64,000 bases of DNA, taken from assembly GCF_009914755.1 (NCBI RefSeq), contig NC_060934.1. One strand, 5' to 3'. A program made the position numbers and the translations under genes. Positions within the stretch are counted from its first letter, which is position 1. Every line of letters begins with the position of its first letter. This document shows, piece after piece, positions 38,445 through 50,763 of the stretch. This DNA is from the human T2T-CHM13v2.0 reference genome, Homo sapiens. The notes beneath the pieces were generated by a model. It did no database searches. It was not told where the DNA came from and saw only the letters and a program-made list of their open reading frames with translations.

Positions 38445-40111
38445 ATTGACTACCAATTTTTAACTGCACATTTTAAATAAAATAATATGCCAACATTGTA
38501 AATCAAATACCCCTCCCCTTTTGCTTTTGTTATTTCTACTTCTTGGTTTTGTTTTTGTTGTTGTTTGCTTTTAGTTTCTTTCATGGACTAATTTTGTATA
38601 GTTTGTGTTTTTGGTCATGAGTAACTACTAAAGTATTTACTGGGATGGTTTGGTGTCAGCTAATGGTTGGAATATTGATTTCCTTCAATCACTTCAATCA
38701 ATATGTTTCCGACCATCTGCCAATGGGCTCTCTACTTGTGCTGGGGATGACTTCAATCTTTGGCTGTTTACAACTCTGTTTTAACCTTAACTTTTATTTA
38801 TGGAAAGGCTCAACAACAGTCAGTGTGAGATGTTATGACATTTTCAAGTCTTTTCTAGGTATGCACACAGACTTTTAATGCAACTTTCTAGATCCCCAGG
38901 AATATGTTAGACCTTTTCAAAGTTCCTTATTTTCCTGATATTTAAGGGTTTTGGTGGCTTGCCTCTTATTTGCTTCAACTGGTATCACCACATCAGAAAG
39001 CTATGAAAAACAATTGCCTCCAATTGTTTTCAATAAATGCCCTATGAATAGGGCTTCTCAATGCTTGAATTCTGAGTCAGGGCAAGTAAATACTAGCCTC
39101 ATAAAAGGAGCTTTTCCATGAGGAAAAGCCAAAGAGATCAACTAGTAACAGTTCTATAATGATGAAAATGCTTGATCTCCAAACTCCTTCTTCCCTGTCC
39201 TATGTATGCTGGGTTGCTGATTTTCACAGCTGTTACTGTTTTGAGTTTGCTAATTTTTAAGTCTATGGAACTAAGGTGAGAGGAATGAGAATGCAGTTAG
39301 TGAAAATGCCATAAAGCTCACTGTTCTTGCCAAGATGTATTCACTTATTTTGAATAAATTGTTCTAGCATTTGTATAAGCCTTTACAAATGTCAAGAGTA
39401 ATAACAAAGTAGATTTTGACAATTATTTGTCAGTGTTCTAATTTCTTTTAGGGAGGAGTAGGTTTTCAAATGTCCCTATTCCACTATTCGGAAAGTGCTT
39501 TCAAGTCTACAACTGCCTTGATACCAGAAATCAAGTTAGATTTATAAAAGGGGTTAATTTTTGGCCTACTCACAAATATCTTTGCTAAATTTTCTGGAAG
39601 CAATCATCAAAACATTAAAAAAAGATAATGTCTTTTCTTCTCTGTGATAATCCTATTAGCATACTATGTTTATCTTCTTGCTCAAAATCTGCATACATGT
39701 GGAGAATATTCTTAAAAAAATGGACAATACATATTATTCTGCAACTTGAGTGATTTTACATAGAAAGAAATGGGCATTCCTCCATGGATATAAATTTACT
39801 TACATATATTGATCTGCTTATCAAACTTATTCTTTAATCACTCTCATAATTGCACAGGATGGATCTGTTATGTCTCCTTCAGACCAGATATTCAGGTTTA
39901 TAGCATATTTTTTAAACACAAAAAACAAAACAGCAAATAGATTTACATACTGCTGCCTTCATTCCTATAGAGGGAGGTCCATTAGAGAAAACTTAATGAA
40001 TCAAATGTTTGTGCCAATTTATTTAATAAAAAGCTTCTGAATTTTTACTGTTATGCATATGTGCAGATATTACACTGAAAAAATTGTATCTGTTCCTAAA
40101 ATAAGTTATCA

Positions 40112-40370
40112 AATCGTGTATTTGTACCCATTAATCAACTTCTCCTCATTCTTTCCTCCTCTCAAACAGTCTACCTTCTGTTTTCATGAGATCCATTTTT
40201 TTCAGCTCTCACATGTGAGTGAGAACATGTGATATTTGTCTTTCTGTGCTTGGCTTATTTTTCTTACCACAGTGACCTTCAGTTCCATCCATGTTGCTGC
40301 AAATGACAAAATTTCAGTATTTTTAATGGCAGCATAGTATTCCATTGCATATATACACCACATTTTTTTT
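40112..40370 (-). mobile_element. L1MA-type 3' fragment
   Basis: tttgtacccattaatcaact..agctctcacatgtgagtgagaacatgtgatatttgtctttctgtgcttggcttattt..tatatacaccacatttt. Confidence 0.8.
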
Positions 40371-40584
40371 CTGTATTTCTTCTAAAAAAAAAAAAAAAAA
40401 AACAGGATACATGTGCAGATCGTGCAGGTTTGTTACATAGGTATACCTGTGCCATGGTGGTTTGCTGCACCTACTGGCCCGTCCTCTAAGTTCCCTCCTG
40501 TCATCCCACACCCTCCAATAGGCCTTGTTGTGTGTTGTTCCCTTCTCTGTGTCCATGTGTTCTCAAGGTTCAACTCTCACTTAT

Positions 40585-43500
40585 GAATGAGAATATGCTG
40601 TGTTTGGTTTTCTGTTCCTGTGTTAGTTGCTGAGGATGATGATGGCTTCTAGTGTCATCCGAGTCCCTGCAAAGACATAATCTCATTCCTTTTTATGGCA
40701 GTATAGTGTTGCATGGTGTATATGTACAACATTTCCTTATCCAGTCTATCATTGATGGGCTTTTGGTTGGTTCCATGTCTTTGCTATTGTAAATAGTGCA
40801 ACAATAAACATATGTCTTCATGTGTCTGTATAGTAGAATGATTTATATTCCTTTGGATATATACCCAGTAATGGGATTGCTGGGTCAAATGGTATTTCTG
40901 GTTCTAGATCGTTGAGGAATCACCATACTGTATTCCACGATGGTTGAAATAATTTACATTTCCACAAACAGTGTAAAAGCGTTCCTATTTCCTCACAGCC
41001 TTACCAGCATCTATGGTTTCCTGACATTTTAATAATCGCCATTTTTGACTGGTGTGAGATGGTATCTCATTGTGGTTTTGATTTGCATTTCCCTGATGAT
41101 CAGTGATATTGAGCTTTTTTTCATATGTTCGATGGCCACGTAGATGTCTTCTTTTGAGAAGTGTCTGTTCATATCCTTTCCCCATGTTTTGATGGGGTTG
41201 TTTGTTTTTTTCTTGTAAATATGTTTAAGTTCCTTGTAAATTCTGGATATTAGACCTTTCTCAGATGGGTAGATTGCAAAAGTGTTCTCCCATTCTGTAG
41301 ATTGCCTGTTCACTCTGATGATAATTTCTTTTGCTGTGCAGAAGCTTTTTAGTTAATTAGATCCCATTTGTCAATTTTGGCTCTTGTTGCAATTGCTTTT
41401 GGCATTTTTGTCATGTCAATGTCCTGAATGGCATTGCCAGGTTTTCTTCTAGGGTTTTTAAGGTTTTAGGTTTTACATTTAAGTATTTAATCCATCTTCA
41501 ATTAATTTTTGTGTAAGGTGTGAGGAAGAGGTCCAGTTTCAGTTTTCTGCATATGGCTAGCAAGTTTTCCCAGCACCATTTACTGAATAGGAGATCCTTT
41601 CCCCATTGCTGGTTTTTGTCAAATTTGTTGAAGATCAGATGGTTGTAGATGTGTGATGTTATTTCTGAGGTCTCTGTTCTACTTCATAGGTCTATATGTC
41701 TGTTTTGGTACCAGTACCTTGCTGTTTTGGTTGCTGTAGTCTTGTAGTATAGTTTGAAGTCAGATAGCATGATGCCTCCAGGTTTGTTCTTTTTGCTTAG
41801 GATTGTCTTGGCTATACAGGGTCTTCTTTGATTCCATATGAAATTTAACCTAGTTTTTTCTAATTCTGTGAAGAATGTCAATGGTAGTTTGATGGGAATA
41901 ACATTGAATCTATAAATTGCTTTGGGGAGTTTGGCCATTTTCACGGTATTGATTCTTCCTATCCATGAGGATGGAATGTTTTTTCCATTTGTTTGTGTCC
42001 TCTCATTTCCTTGAGCAGTGCTTTGTAGTCCTCCTTGAGGAGGTCCTTCACATCCCATGTTAGCTGTATTGCTATATATTTTATTCTCTTTTTAGAGATT
42101 GTGAATGGGAATTCATTCATGATTTGGCTTTCTGCTTGCCTATTGTTGGGGTAGAGGAATGCTTGTGATTTTTGCACATTGATTTTGTATCCTGAGACTT
42201 TGCTGAAGTTGCTTATCAGTTCAAGAAGTTTTTGAGCTGAGATGATGGGGTTTCCTAAATACAAAATCATGTTGTCCGCAAACAGGGACAACTTGACTTC
42301 CTCTGTTCCTATTCGAATACTCTTTATTTCTTTCTCTTGCCTGATTTCCCTGGCCAGAACTTCCAATACTATGTTGAATAGGAGTGGTGAGACTGGGCAT
42401 CCTTGTCTTGCACCAGTTTTTGAAGGGTACTTCCAGCTTTTGCTCATTCAATATGATATTGGCTGTGGGCTTGTCATAAATAGCTTTTATTATTTTGAGA
42501 TATGTTCCATCAATACCTGGTTTATTGAGAGTTTTTAATATGCAGGGATGTTGAATTTTATCAGAGGCTTTTTCTGCATCTATTGAAATAATCATGGTTT
42601 TTGTCATTGGTTCTGTTTATGTGATGGATTGTGTTTATTGATTTGTGTATGTTGAACCAGCTTTGTGTCCCAGAGGTGAAGCTGACTTGATCGTGGTGGA
42701 TAAGTTGTTTGATGTTCTGCTGGTTTCCGTTTCCCATATTTTATTGAGAATTTTTGCACTGATGTTCATCAGGGATATTGGCCTGAAGTTTTCTTTTTTT
42801 GTTATGTGTCTTCCCGGTTTTGGTATCAGGATGATGCTGGCTTCATAAAATGAGTTAGGGAGGAGTCTCTCCTTTTCAATTGTTTTTAAAAGTTTCAGAA
42901 GTAATGGTACCAGCTCCTCTTTGTATTTATGGTAGAATTCACCTGTGAATCTGTCTGGTCCTAGGCTTTTTTTCGTTGGTAGGCTATTCATTACTGCCTC
43001 TGTTTCAGAGCTTGTTATTGGTTTATTCAGGAATTTGACTTCTTCCTGGTTTAATCTTGGTAGGGTGTATGCATCCAGGAATTTATCCATTTCTTCTAGA
43101 TTTTCTAGTTTATTTGCATAGAGGTGTTTACAGCATTCTCTGATGGTAGCCTGTATTTCTGTGGGGTCAGTGGTGGTATCCCCTTTATCATTTTTTATTG
43201 TGTCTGTCTGATGCTTCTCTCTTCTTCTTCTTTATTAGTCTAGCTGGCAGTCCATCCATTTTGTTAAGTTTTTTCAGAAAACCTGCTCCTGGACTCATTG
43301 ATTTTTTGGAGGGCTTTTTGTGTCTTTATCTCCTTCAGTTCTTCTCTGATCTTAGTTATTCCTTGTCTTCTGCTGGCTTTTGGATTAGTTTGCTCTTGCC
43401 TCTCTAGATTTTTGAATTCTGATGTTAAGTTGTCGATATGAGATCTTCCTAGCTTTCTAATATGGGCATTTACTGCTATATATTTCCCTCTTAACACTGC

Positions 43501-43653
43501 TTTAACTGTGTCCCAGAGATTCTGGTATGTTGTCTCTTTGTTCTCATTGGTTTCAAAGAACTTCTTGATTTCTGCCTTAATTTCATTATTTACCCAGGAG
43601 TCATTCAGGAGCAGGATATTCAATTTCCATGAAATTGTGTGGTTTTGAGTGAG

Positions 43654-43684
<31 letters not shown>

Positions 43685-44400
43685 TTTGAGATGGAGTCTC
43701 ACTCTGTCACCCAGACTGGAGTGCAGTGGCACAATTGGTTTTGAGTGAGTTTCTTAATCCTGAGTTCTAATTTGATTGCACTGTGGTCTGAGAGACTTAT
43801 GATTTCCATTCTTTTGCATTTGCTGAGGAGTGTTTTACTTCCAATTATGTGGTCGATTTTAGAATAAGTGCCATGTGGCACTGAGAAGAATATATATTCT
43901 GTTGATTTGGGGTAGAGAGTTCTGTAGACATCTACTAGGTCCACTTGATCCAGAGCTGAGTTCAAGTCATGAATATCCTTGTTAATTTTCTGTCTCATTG
44001 ATCCATCTAATACTGACATTGGGGTGTTAAAGTCTCCCACTAGTATTGTGTGGGAGTCTAGGTCTCTTTGTAGGTGTCTAAGAACTTGTTTTATGAATCT
44101 GGGTGCTCCTGTATTGGGTACATACATATTTAGAACAGTTAGCTCTTCTCATTGAATTATTCCCTATACCATGACATAATGCCCTTCTCTGTCTTTTTTA
44201 TCTTTGTTGGCTGAAAGTGTTTTGTCAGAGGCTAGGATTGCAACTCCTGCTTTTTTTTGCTTTCCATTTGCTTGGTAAATTTTCCTCTATCCCTTTATTT
44301 TGAGCCTGTGTGTGCCTTTGCATGTAAGGTGGGTCTTCTGAAAACAGTACACCAATGGGTCTTGACTCCTTATCCAATTTGCTGGTCTGTGTCTTTTAAG
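40585..44400 (-). pseudogene. L1 ORF2 (endonuclease / reverse transcriptase), disrupted
   Basis: EN: YVPNTGAPRFIKQ, ILVGDFNTP, SKIDHIIG, SDHSAIKLE. RT: [44 protein letters not shown]. Split over many frames. Confidence 0.92.
43660..43735 (-). mobile_element. Severely 5'-truncated Alu (~48 nt + poly-A) inserted in L1 ORF2 with a perfect 20-bp TSD
   Basis: tggttttgagtgagtttctt at 43640-43659 and 43736-43755 flanks T-tract + gagatggagtctcactctgtcacccagactggagtgcagtggcacaat. Confidence 0.96.
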
Positions 44401-44619
44401 TTTTGGCATTTAGCCCATTTATATTTAAGGTTAGTACTGTTATGTGTGAATTTGATCCTGTCATCATGCTGCTATTTGGTTATTTTGCACACTAGTAGAT
44501 GCAGTTTCTCCATAATGTCATTGGTTTTTACATTTTGGTGTGTTTTTGCAGTGGCTGGTACCAGTTTTTCCTTTCTGTATTTAGTGCTTCTTTCAGGAAC
44601 CCCTGCAGGGCAGTCCTGG

Positions 44620-45560
44620 TGGTAACAAAATCCCTCAGGATTTGCTTGTCTGGAAAGGATTTTATTTCTCCTTCGCTTATGAAGCTTAGTTTTGCTGGAT
44701 ATGAAATTCTGGGTTGAAAATTATTTTCTTTAAGAGTGCTAAATATTGGCCCCCAATCTCTTCTGGCTTATAGAGTTTCTGCTGAGAGGTTCACTGTTAG
44801 TCTGATGGGCTTCCCTTTGTAGATGATCTGGCCTTTCCCTCTGGCTGCCCTTAACAGTTTTTCCTTCATTTTAACCTTGGAGAATCTGACGATTATGTGT
44901 CTTGGGGTTGATCTTCTCATAGAGTATCTTAGTGGTGTTCTCTGTATTTCCTGAATTTTCATGTTGGCCTGTCTTTCTAGGTTGGGGAAGTTCTCTTGAA
45001 TAATATCCCAAAGTGTGTTTTCCAGTTTGTTTCCATTCTCCCTTCTCCTTCTGGTACTCCAATCAATCATAGGTTTGGTCTTTTCACATAGTCCCATATT
45101 TCTTGGAGGCTTTTTTCATTCCTTTCCATTCTTTTTTCTCTATTCTTGTCTGCATGTCTTATTTCAGTAAGGTGGTCTTCAAACTCTTATATCCTTTCTT
45201 CTGCTTGGTCGATTTGGCTGTTGATACTTATGTATGCTTCATGAAGTTCTTGTGCTGTGTTTTTCGGCTTCATCAGGTCATTTATGTTCCTCTCTAAACA
45301 GGTTATTCTAGTTAGCAATTCCTCTAACCTTTTATGAAGTTTCTTAGCTTCTTTGCATTGTGTTAGAACATGCTGCTTTAGCTCATCATAGTTTTTTACT
45401 ACCCATCTTCTAAAGCCTACTTCTGTCAATTCATCCATCTGATTCTCTGTTCACTTCTGTGCCCTTGATGGAGAGATGTTGCGATCATTTGGAGGAGAGA
45501 CACTTTGGCCTTTTGGGTTTTTGGCATTTATACATTGATTCTTTCTCATCTTCGTGAATT
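44620..45560 (-). pseudogene. L1 ORF1 (RNA-binding chaperone), disrupted
   Basis: MDELTEVGFRRWV..., IIQENFPNL, STPRHIIVRFSKV, YKGKPIRLTVNLSAETL. Confidence 0.9.
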
Positions 45561-46883
45561 TGTCTACTTTTGGTCTTTGAGGTTGCTGATCCTTGGATGG
45601 GGTTTTTGTGGGGGCTTTTTGTTGTTGTTGTTGATGATGCTATTGTTGTTGCTTTCTTCTGGTTTGTTGTTCTTTCAGTAGTCAGGTCCCTCTTCTATAG
45701 GGCTGCTGCAGTTTGCTGGGGGCTCACTTCAGGCTCTATTCAGCTGATTTGCTCCCGTGCCTGGAGACGTCACTGAAGGAGCCTGGTGAACAGCAAAGAT
45801 GGGTACCTTTTCCTTCCTCTGGGACCTCTGACCTCGAGGGGCACCAACCTGATGCCAGTAGGATCACTCCTGAATAGGGTGTCCGACAAACCCTGTTGGA
45901 GGGTCTCACCCAGTTGGGTAGGATGGGGAACAGGACCCATTTTACAAAACACTTTGTCCTTTGGTGGAGAGAGTGTGCTTCACTGGGGGGAAACCCACTC
46001 TTCTGGGCTGCCCAGATTCCTCAGAACTACCAGGAGGTGAGGCTAAGTCTGCTGCTTTGCAGAGACTGTGGCCATTCCTCCCTTTAGGGGCTCAGGCCCA
46101 GGGAGATCCAAAACCTGTCCCTGAGCCTCTGGCTGGAGTTATTGGAGGTCCTGCAAGGAAGCCCAGCCCACTGAGGAAGGATGGGTCAGGGTTAGGCCTG
46201 AAGAGGCCCTCTGGCCACAGACTGCCACAGCCAGTGTGTTGGGCTGTGGGGACAAGTCTTGGGACCAAACCTTCCAGCCTTTCTGGCTCCAGCAGGTGAA
46301 AAGTGCAGCCTGGAGCTGTAGAAATGGGTGCTGCCCTTCCCCCACCCAGGGAGCTTAGTGTGTTAGGCAGTTGCAAGTCCCAGTGCTGGCTGCCCCTTCC
46401 CCAAGGAGCTTAAACCACTTAGACAACAGGCAGCTGCAGTTGGTGCTGGTCACCCCTCACCCCAGGAAGTCATTAGGATTAAGCAGATTCCAGCTGAGAG
46501 GCTGTAACAATCTGCGCTTTCTGGGGTTGGGATGCTAGGCCCTTGGTGGCATGGGTTCATGAGTGGGATCTTCCCTTCCATGGGTTGCACAGTTCCGTGA
46601 AAAAAGCAGATTGCCCGGCTGAGTAGCACGCTCACTCACCACCTCCCTTGGCTGGGGGGAGGGGGTTCTTCTTTCCCATGTGGCTTTCAGGTGGGCCACC
46701 ACACCACACTGCTCTTCCTTCTCTTCATGAGTAGGAAATAGACTAGCCTTCTAGACAATTTTGATGACAGAACTTGGATACCTTTGTTGCTGGTGATGGA
46801 TTCACATGCTTATTATGTTTTTTTTTTTTTCATATGAGTCTCTGAATGCCAGTCCTTCTAGTCGGCCACCTTGGTCCTGACCC

Positions 46884-48390
46884 TAAATTATTACTTTCTG
46901 TACATTAACTTCTACTATACCTTTGTGTTTATTTATGAAATGCTTACTTGTTTCTTAGGGCTTATTTGTCCAATTCTAGGTCAATATACTATTATTTGTA
47001 ATGTTTTAAAGTCAAGAAAGAGTGTTTCTCATCTTTTTCTCCAGCATTTTTTTAGTTCTTAGATATCTGTTCTACCATATCACACCAAAGTCATTTGCTG
47101 GGTTTTTGTAAAATCAAGATTTTGTTTGAAATTGTATTAAATGCATATATTAGTTGTGAAAATAATTCATTTATAAATATATGATATCTCCTGCATGAGC
47201 ACAGGATATTCTCTGTTTGTTTGTGGTTCTTTTATGTAATTTTCAATAAATTTTATACTTTAAAACAAATTATGACCTTCAACTATTTTATTAAATGTGT
47301 CTTTCTTTCTTCTTTTGAGAGGGGGACAATGATGATAAGCAAAAATTGCCCCCATATGTATAACTTACATGTTTTATTAAATTACCTTAGGATTTTTTAA
47401 CTCTTTAGTAATTTCTAGGGTTTTTCAAAGTGTATCATCATAATATCTGTAGAGTTTACTTTTATGTTTCTTATGGAAAATTGATATTTATTACTTAATT
47501 TACATATCCTATTACATTAGTTAAATCATTAAAGCAATTCTGAGTAATTGTGAATGGGAAGTCCTGATTTCTATTTTACTTTTTAAAATTAATTAATTAA
47601 TTAGTTATATATTTAATGTTGTGTTCTTGGAATAAAATTAATTTGGTCATGGTGTTTTATTCTTGTAATACACTACTGGATTCACTTTGCTAGTATTTCA
47701 CTTTCAATTTTATATCCATGTATAAAAGTAGTATGTATATCATGTTTTTATGGTATTATGTTTATTAGCTTTAGCTATTGATAGGTTTTATTGTTGTTAC
47801 TTTAGCTAATAATATGTTTTGTTGTTGCTTTGTTTTGTTTTAGGTTTCATAAAATAAGTTTTAGAACATTGTACGTTATTCAGCTGTTTAATATTATTGA
47901 TGTAAAATAGGTATAATCTCTTATATTAAGGTAAGTAGAGCATATCTGGAAAGCCATGTGGGCATTAGGACATTTTCTAATGGCAGATTATGTTTCCCAT
48001 CTTTTCTATGATCACTGGACTCTACAGGTTCTCTATATTTTGGTATTTAATTTGAGAACATGATTTTCTGTTGAAAATCATCCTTTCTCTAGATTTGTAT
48101 TATTTTCATTACCAAATTTGCCCATATTTTTTGAAATTTTTGTAAATATCTCCTCTGTGTACATACTTACATCTCATTTATTATATATAATGTACATTTT
48201 TACTTCTCTCATTTAAAAAAAAAATCCTTTCTACTAGTTTGCCTGTTTGATTTTTTTTTTTTTTGAACAGCCTTCTTTTAGTTTTATTTATATGTATGCT
48301 ATACTTTTGGGCTTTTTGCTTCATTAATGATAGTTTTTTACTTCTTTAATTCTCCATCCTGTTATTTTGGTTGATTTTGATGTTTCCTGT
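46884..48390 (-). mobile_element. Very old L1 (L1ME-like) remnants
   Basis: T-rich decayed ORF2-like blocks such as tgaaattgtattaaatgcatatattagt, ttggtcatggtgttttattctt..ctactggattcactttgctagtattt, gaaagccatgtgggc. Confidence 0.55.
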
Positions 48391-48399
48391 GTCTCGGAG

Positions 48400-48860
48400 G
48401 CTTTGCAGTGAAACTTGATTGTTAATGTAATTGAGATTCAGAAGCTATGAGATGTGGCTAATATCTTATCTGTAACATTGCTTAAACATGACTTTGTGGA
48501 ACTCTTGTGGAGATGGTAACTTTTTCCTGAATGCTTGAATCAGCTTTGAACTATGCAATCAATTTACCTGTAATCCAGGAGGCTGCAAGAAGATAGGTCC
48601 CATGGTAAATGATTGCAATTCTTTTATCTGGATTCATAAAAATCATCTGCTAAACACTTAAGACATTATATTATATTAGCTTACATTAAGTACTCTGCTT
48701 TTTCATATTGCCTCACACTAATTATTATGCTTTGGTTGCAAATGTATTTTAAATCTTAAGAGCAATCCAAATGGCAGTTTTATTGTTTACTGTGGTCCTT
48801 GCTGACTATAGTAAATTGTTTGCTGACTCAGCTTAAATTTAGAAAATGTGCACATATTTT
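48400..48860. promoter_or_regulatory. Candidate enhancer with near-perfect MARE/NFE2 site, GATA, RUNX, FOX motifs
   Basis: TGCTGACTCAGC 48821-48832, TGCTGAC 48800-48806, TGTGGT 48791-48796, TGTTTAC 48784-48790, CTTATC 48465-48470. Confidence 0.35.
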
Positions 48861-50069
48861 GGATTTCTTCCCAGAAATGAATGTGGCTATAGGTAATATA
48901 AATACATAACAAATCCCCTTGGATTTAGAAATTTGTGGAATTTCCTTTGGCATTGCAGATTAGCAGTTAATCCTTCTTTCTTAGCTAGGTTTAAATATTG
49001 GAGCAATTTGTAGACTCTTAGAAGTAATAGTTTTATCTGGACACTGATTATTTTGCTGGAAAGCAAGAAATCAGGTCCACACGAAGAATACCAAGGAGAG
49101 AAACATATGTTAACTTTAAAAAACAAACAAAAAATGTCAATTTGTATATTGGTATTCAAGTGGGAGCGATAAACCATTAATACACATATAAGGGATTTCG
49201 GAGAAAATGTTTTGGTAGCAGATTTCTGTCCTTGGCATCTGTGATGGAGGGAGGATGATTTGCGAGTCAACTGTACTGCGGTAGAAACAACATTGGGTTT
49301 CATGTTAGTACATGTAGTTTCAAATCCGGGGTCTGCTATTCACTGTTTCCATGAATTTGATAGTCACTTTCATTCGGAAACTTCATTTTCACATGCATAA
49401 AAAGTTGTATAAATATCAGTACTTTGTACAAGAGGCCAATTCAATGACTGTCCTGGTTTTGCAGGGAAAATGAACCGGCCCGCACAGCGATGAGAGAGTG
49501 CTGTAGTAACATGGGCATTGGAAGAGGATCCCCGCAAATCTTTAAGAAGAGGGACAAAATTGGTTCCTAGATGGGGAAAACCAAGGGTGGTGTATTAATA
49601 ACAGATGAAAATAAGGAAAAGAATTAAATTACTTTGAAAATTCTGAGGGAAAGGGAATCTTCACCACATCATCAGAATCACACACAGCCTGCTGTGGTGA
49701 CCAATCACCAGTCAGATCACCAGGAGGCTCTCTTACTAAACGTTGAGGATATTTGCAAGTTTTAGTCCATAATGCCTGGCATCCGAGTAGAGACTCTTGT
49801 CCCTTACAATTTTACTTTCTTTCCAGAGCTTGATAATTTAGTTCTGATACCTATTATTGTGGGATTGCTGTTGTACTGTAGGCAAATGACTCACTTCCTC
49901 AAGTTCGAATTTCTTCATTTTTACAGAGATGGTGATGATGCCTTGTTGTTAGAGTGAGAATGGTAGGATATAATGTGTGTTTACATTCACTGACCTGGTC
50001 CCTTGCCTAGCATTAATTAATGATTGATGCATGTGAATTACCTTTCCTTCTGACTACTTGATATGTTTC

Positions 50070-50490
50070 ATTAGGCATTCATTCAATTAATAGTCATTGA
50101 TTCTGACTCTATGCTAGAGACACTACTCAGTGTTACACGTGAAACAAGATTCCTAGTCCCAGCATAATGGAGCTTGCGAATGAAAGAGGGAGATAGATAT
50201 TAAATCAGTCATGCCAGTAAACATAATTATAAATTGTAAGGTGGAATTTGAAGGACTCATAGAAAGTTCTTTGGCCTGGTTAAAGACGCATTCACAGAGA
50301 AATGGCAATTAACTGGGATCTCCAATGTCAGTAAGAGTTAATAAGGCAAAGGATGGGTTTAGTGAGAAGGAGATCCACGTGGAAGCATAACATGGGCAAA
50401 GTACTAGCTTCAAGAAGGCTTATGGAACATTTGAGCAAATAAGGAAACAGCAGGGTGGCTGGAGTTCAGAGAGGAATTGGGAGATGGTGC
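50070..50490 (-). mobile_element. L2 3' fragment
   Basis: cattcattcaa..tcattgatt..ctatgctagagacact..gaaacaagat..atggagcttg..gggtggctggagttcagaga. Confidence 0.65.
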
Positions 50491-50669
50491 AGCACAGTCT
50501 CCATGCCCTTCTGCTTCTGCTTTACTTTTAAGGCTCAGTGTTACCTATGGAAAGAAAAATAGTCAGAGTCTACACATTTATCAAATTCATCAGCCAGAAA
50601 TCTTATCAGAAACAAAAAGTAAAGCCTTCAGGTGAGGACTATTGAGCACCAAAGATCTTATTTCTGTGT

Positions 50670-50672
<3 letters not shown>

Positions 50673-50704
<32 letters not shown>
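50673..50704. repeat. Poly-T (32 nt)
   Basis: Read directly. Confidence 0.97.
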
Positions 50705-50706
<2 letters not shown>

Positions 50707-50737
50707 TGAAATAAGATACATCGAGGAGGCAGGTGCA

Positions 50738-50763
50738 TAGAAGTCACTTGGAAGTGACTTCTA
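50738..50763. repeat. Perfect 12-bp inverted repeat, 2-nt spacer
   Basis: TAGAAGTCACTT-GG-AAGTGACTTCTA. Confidence 0.97.

Larger units (their letters stand above)
40371..46883 (-). mobile_element. Full-length inactive L1, L1PA8-like
   Basis: 3' UTR tatttcttct(A)n caggatacatgtgcag..tcctctaagttccctcc (L1PA8-type); ORF2 and ORF1 fragments in the ORF track; 5' terminus cttctagtcggccaccttggtcctgaccc (complement of ..ccaagatggccgactagaag-type start). Confidence 0.92.

Noticed and set aside
40371-46883. Retrotransposition-competent L1 or active L1 promoter
   Set aside because: Both ORFs are fragmented, an Alu interrupts ORF2, and 5' UTR CpGs are largely decayed.
48887-49303. 138-aa minus-strand ORF
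   Set aside because: No recognisable domain, AT-rich composition, no splice or Kozak support. The CpG signal there is treated as regulatory instead.
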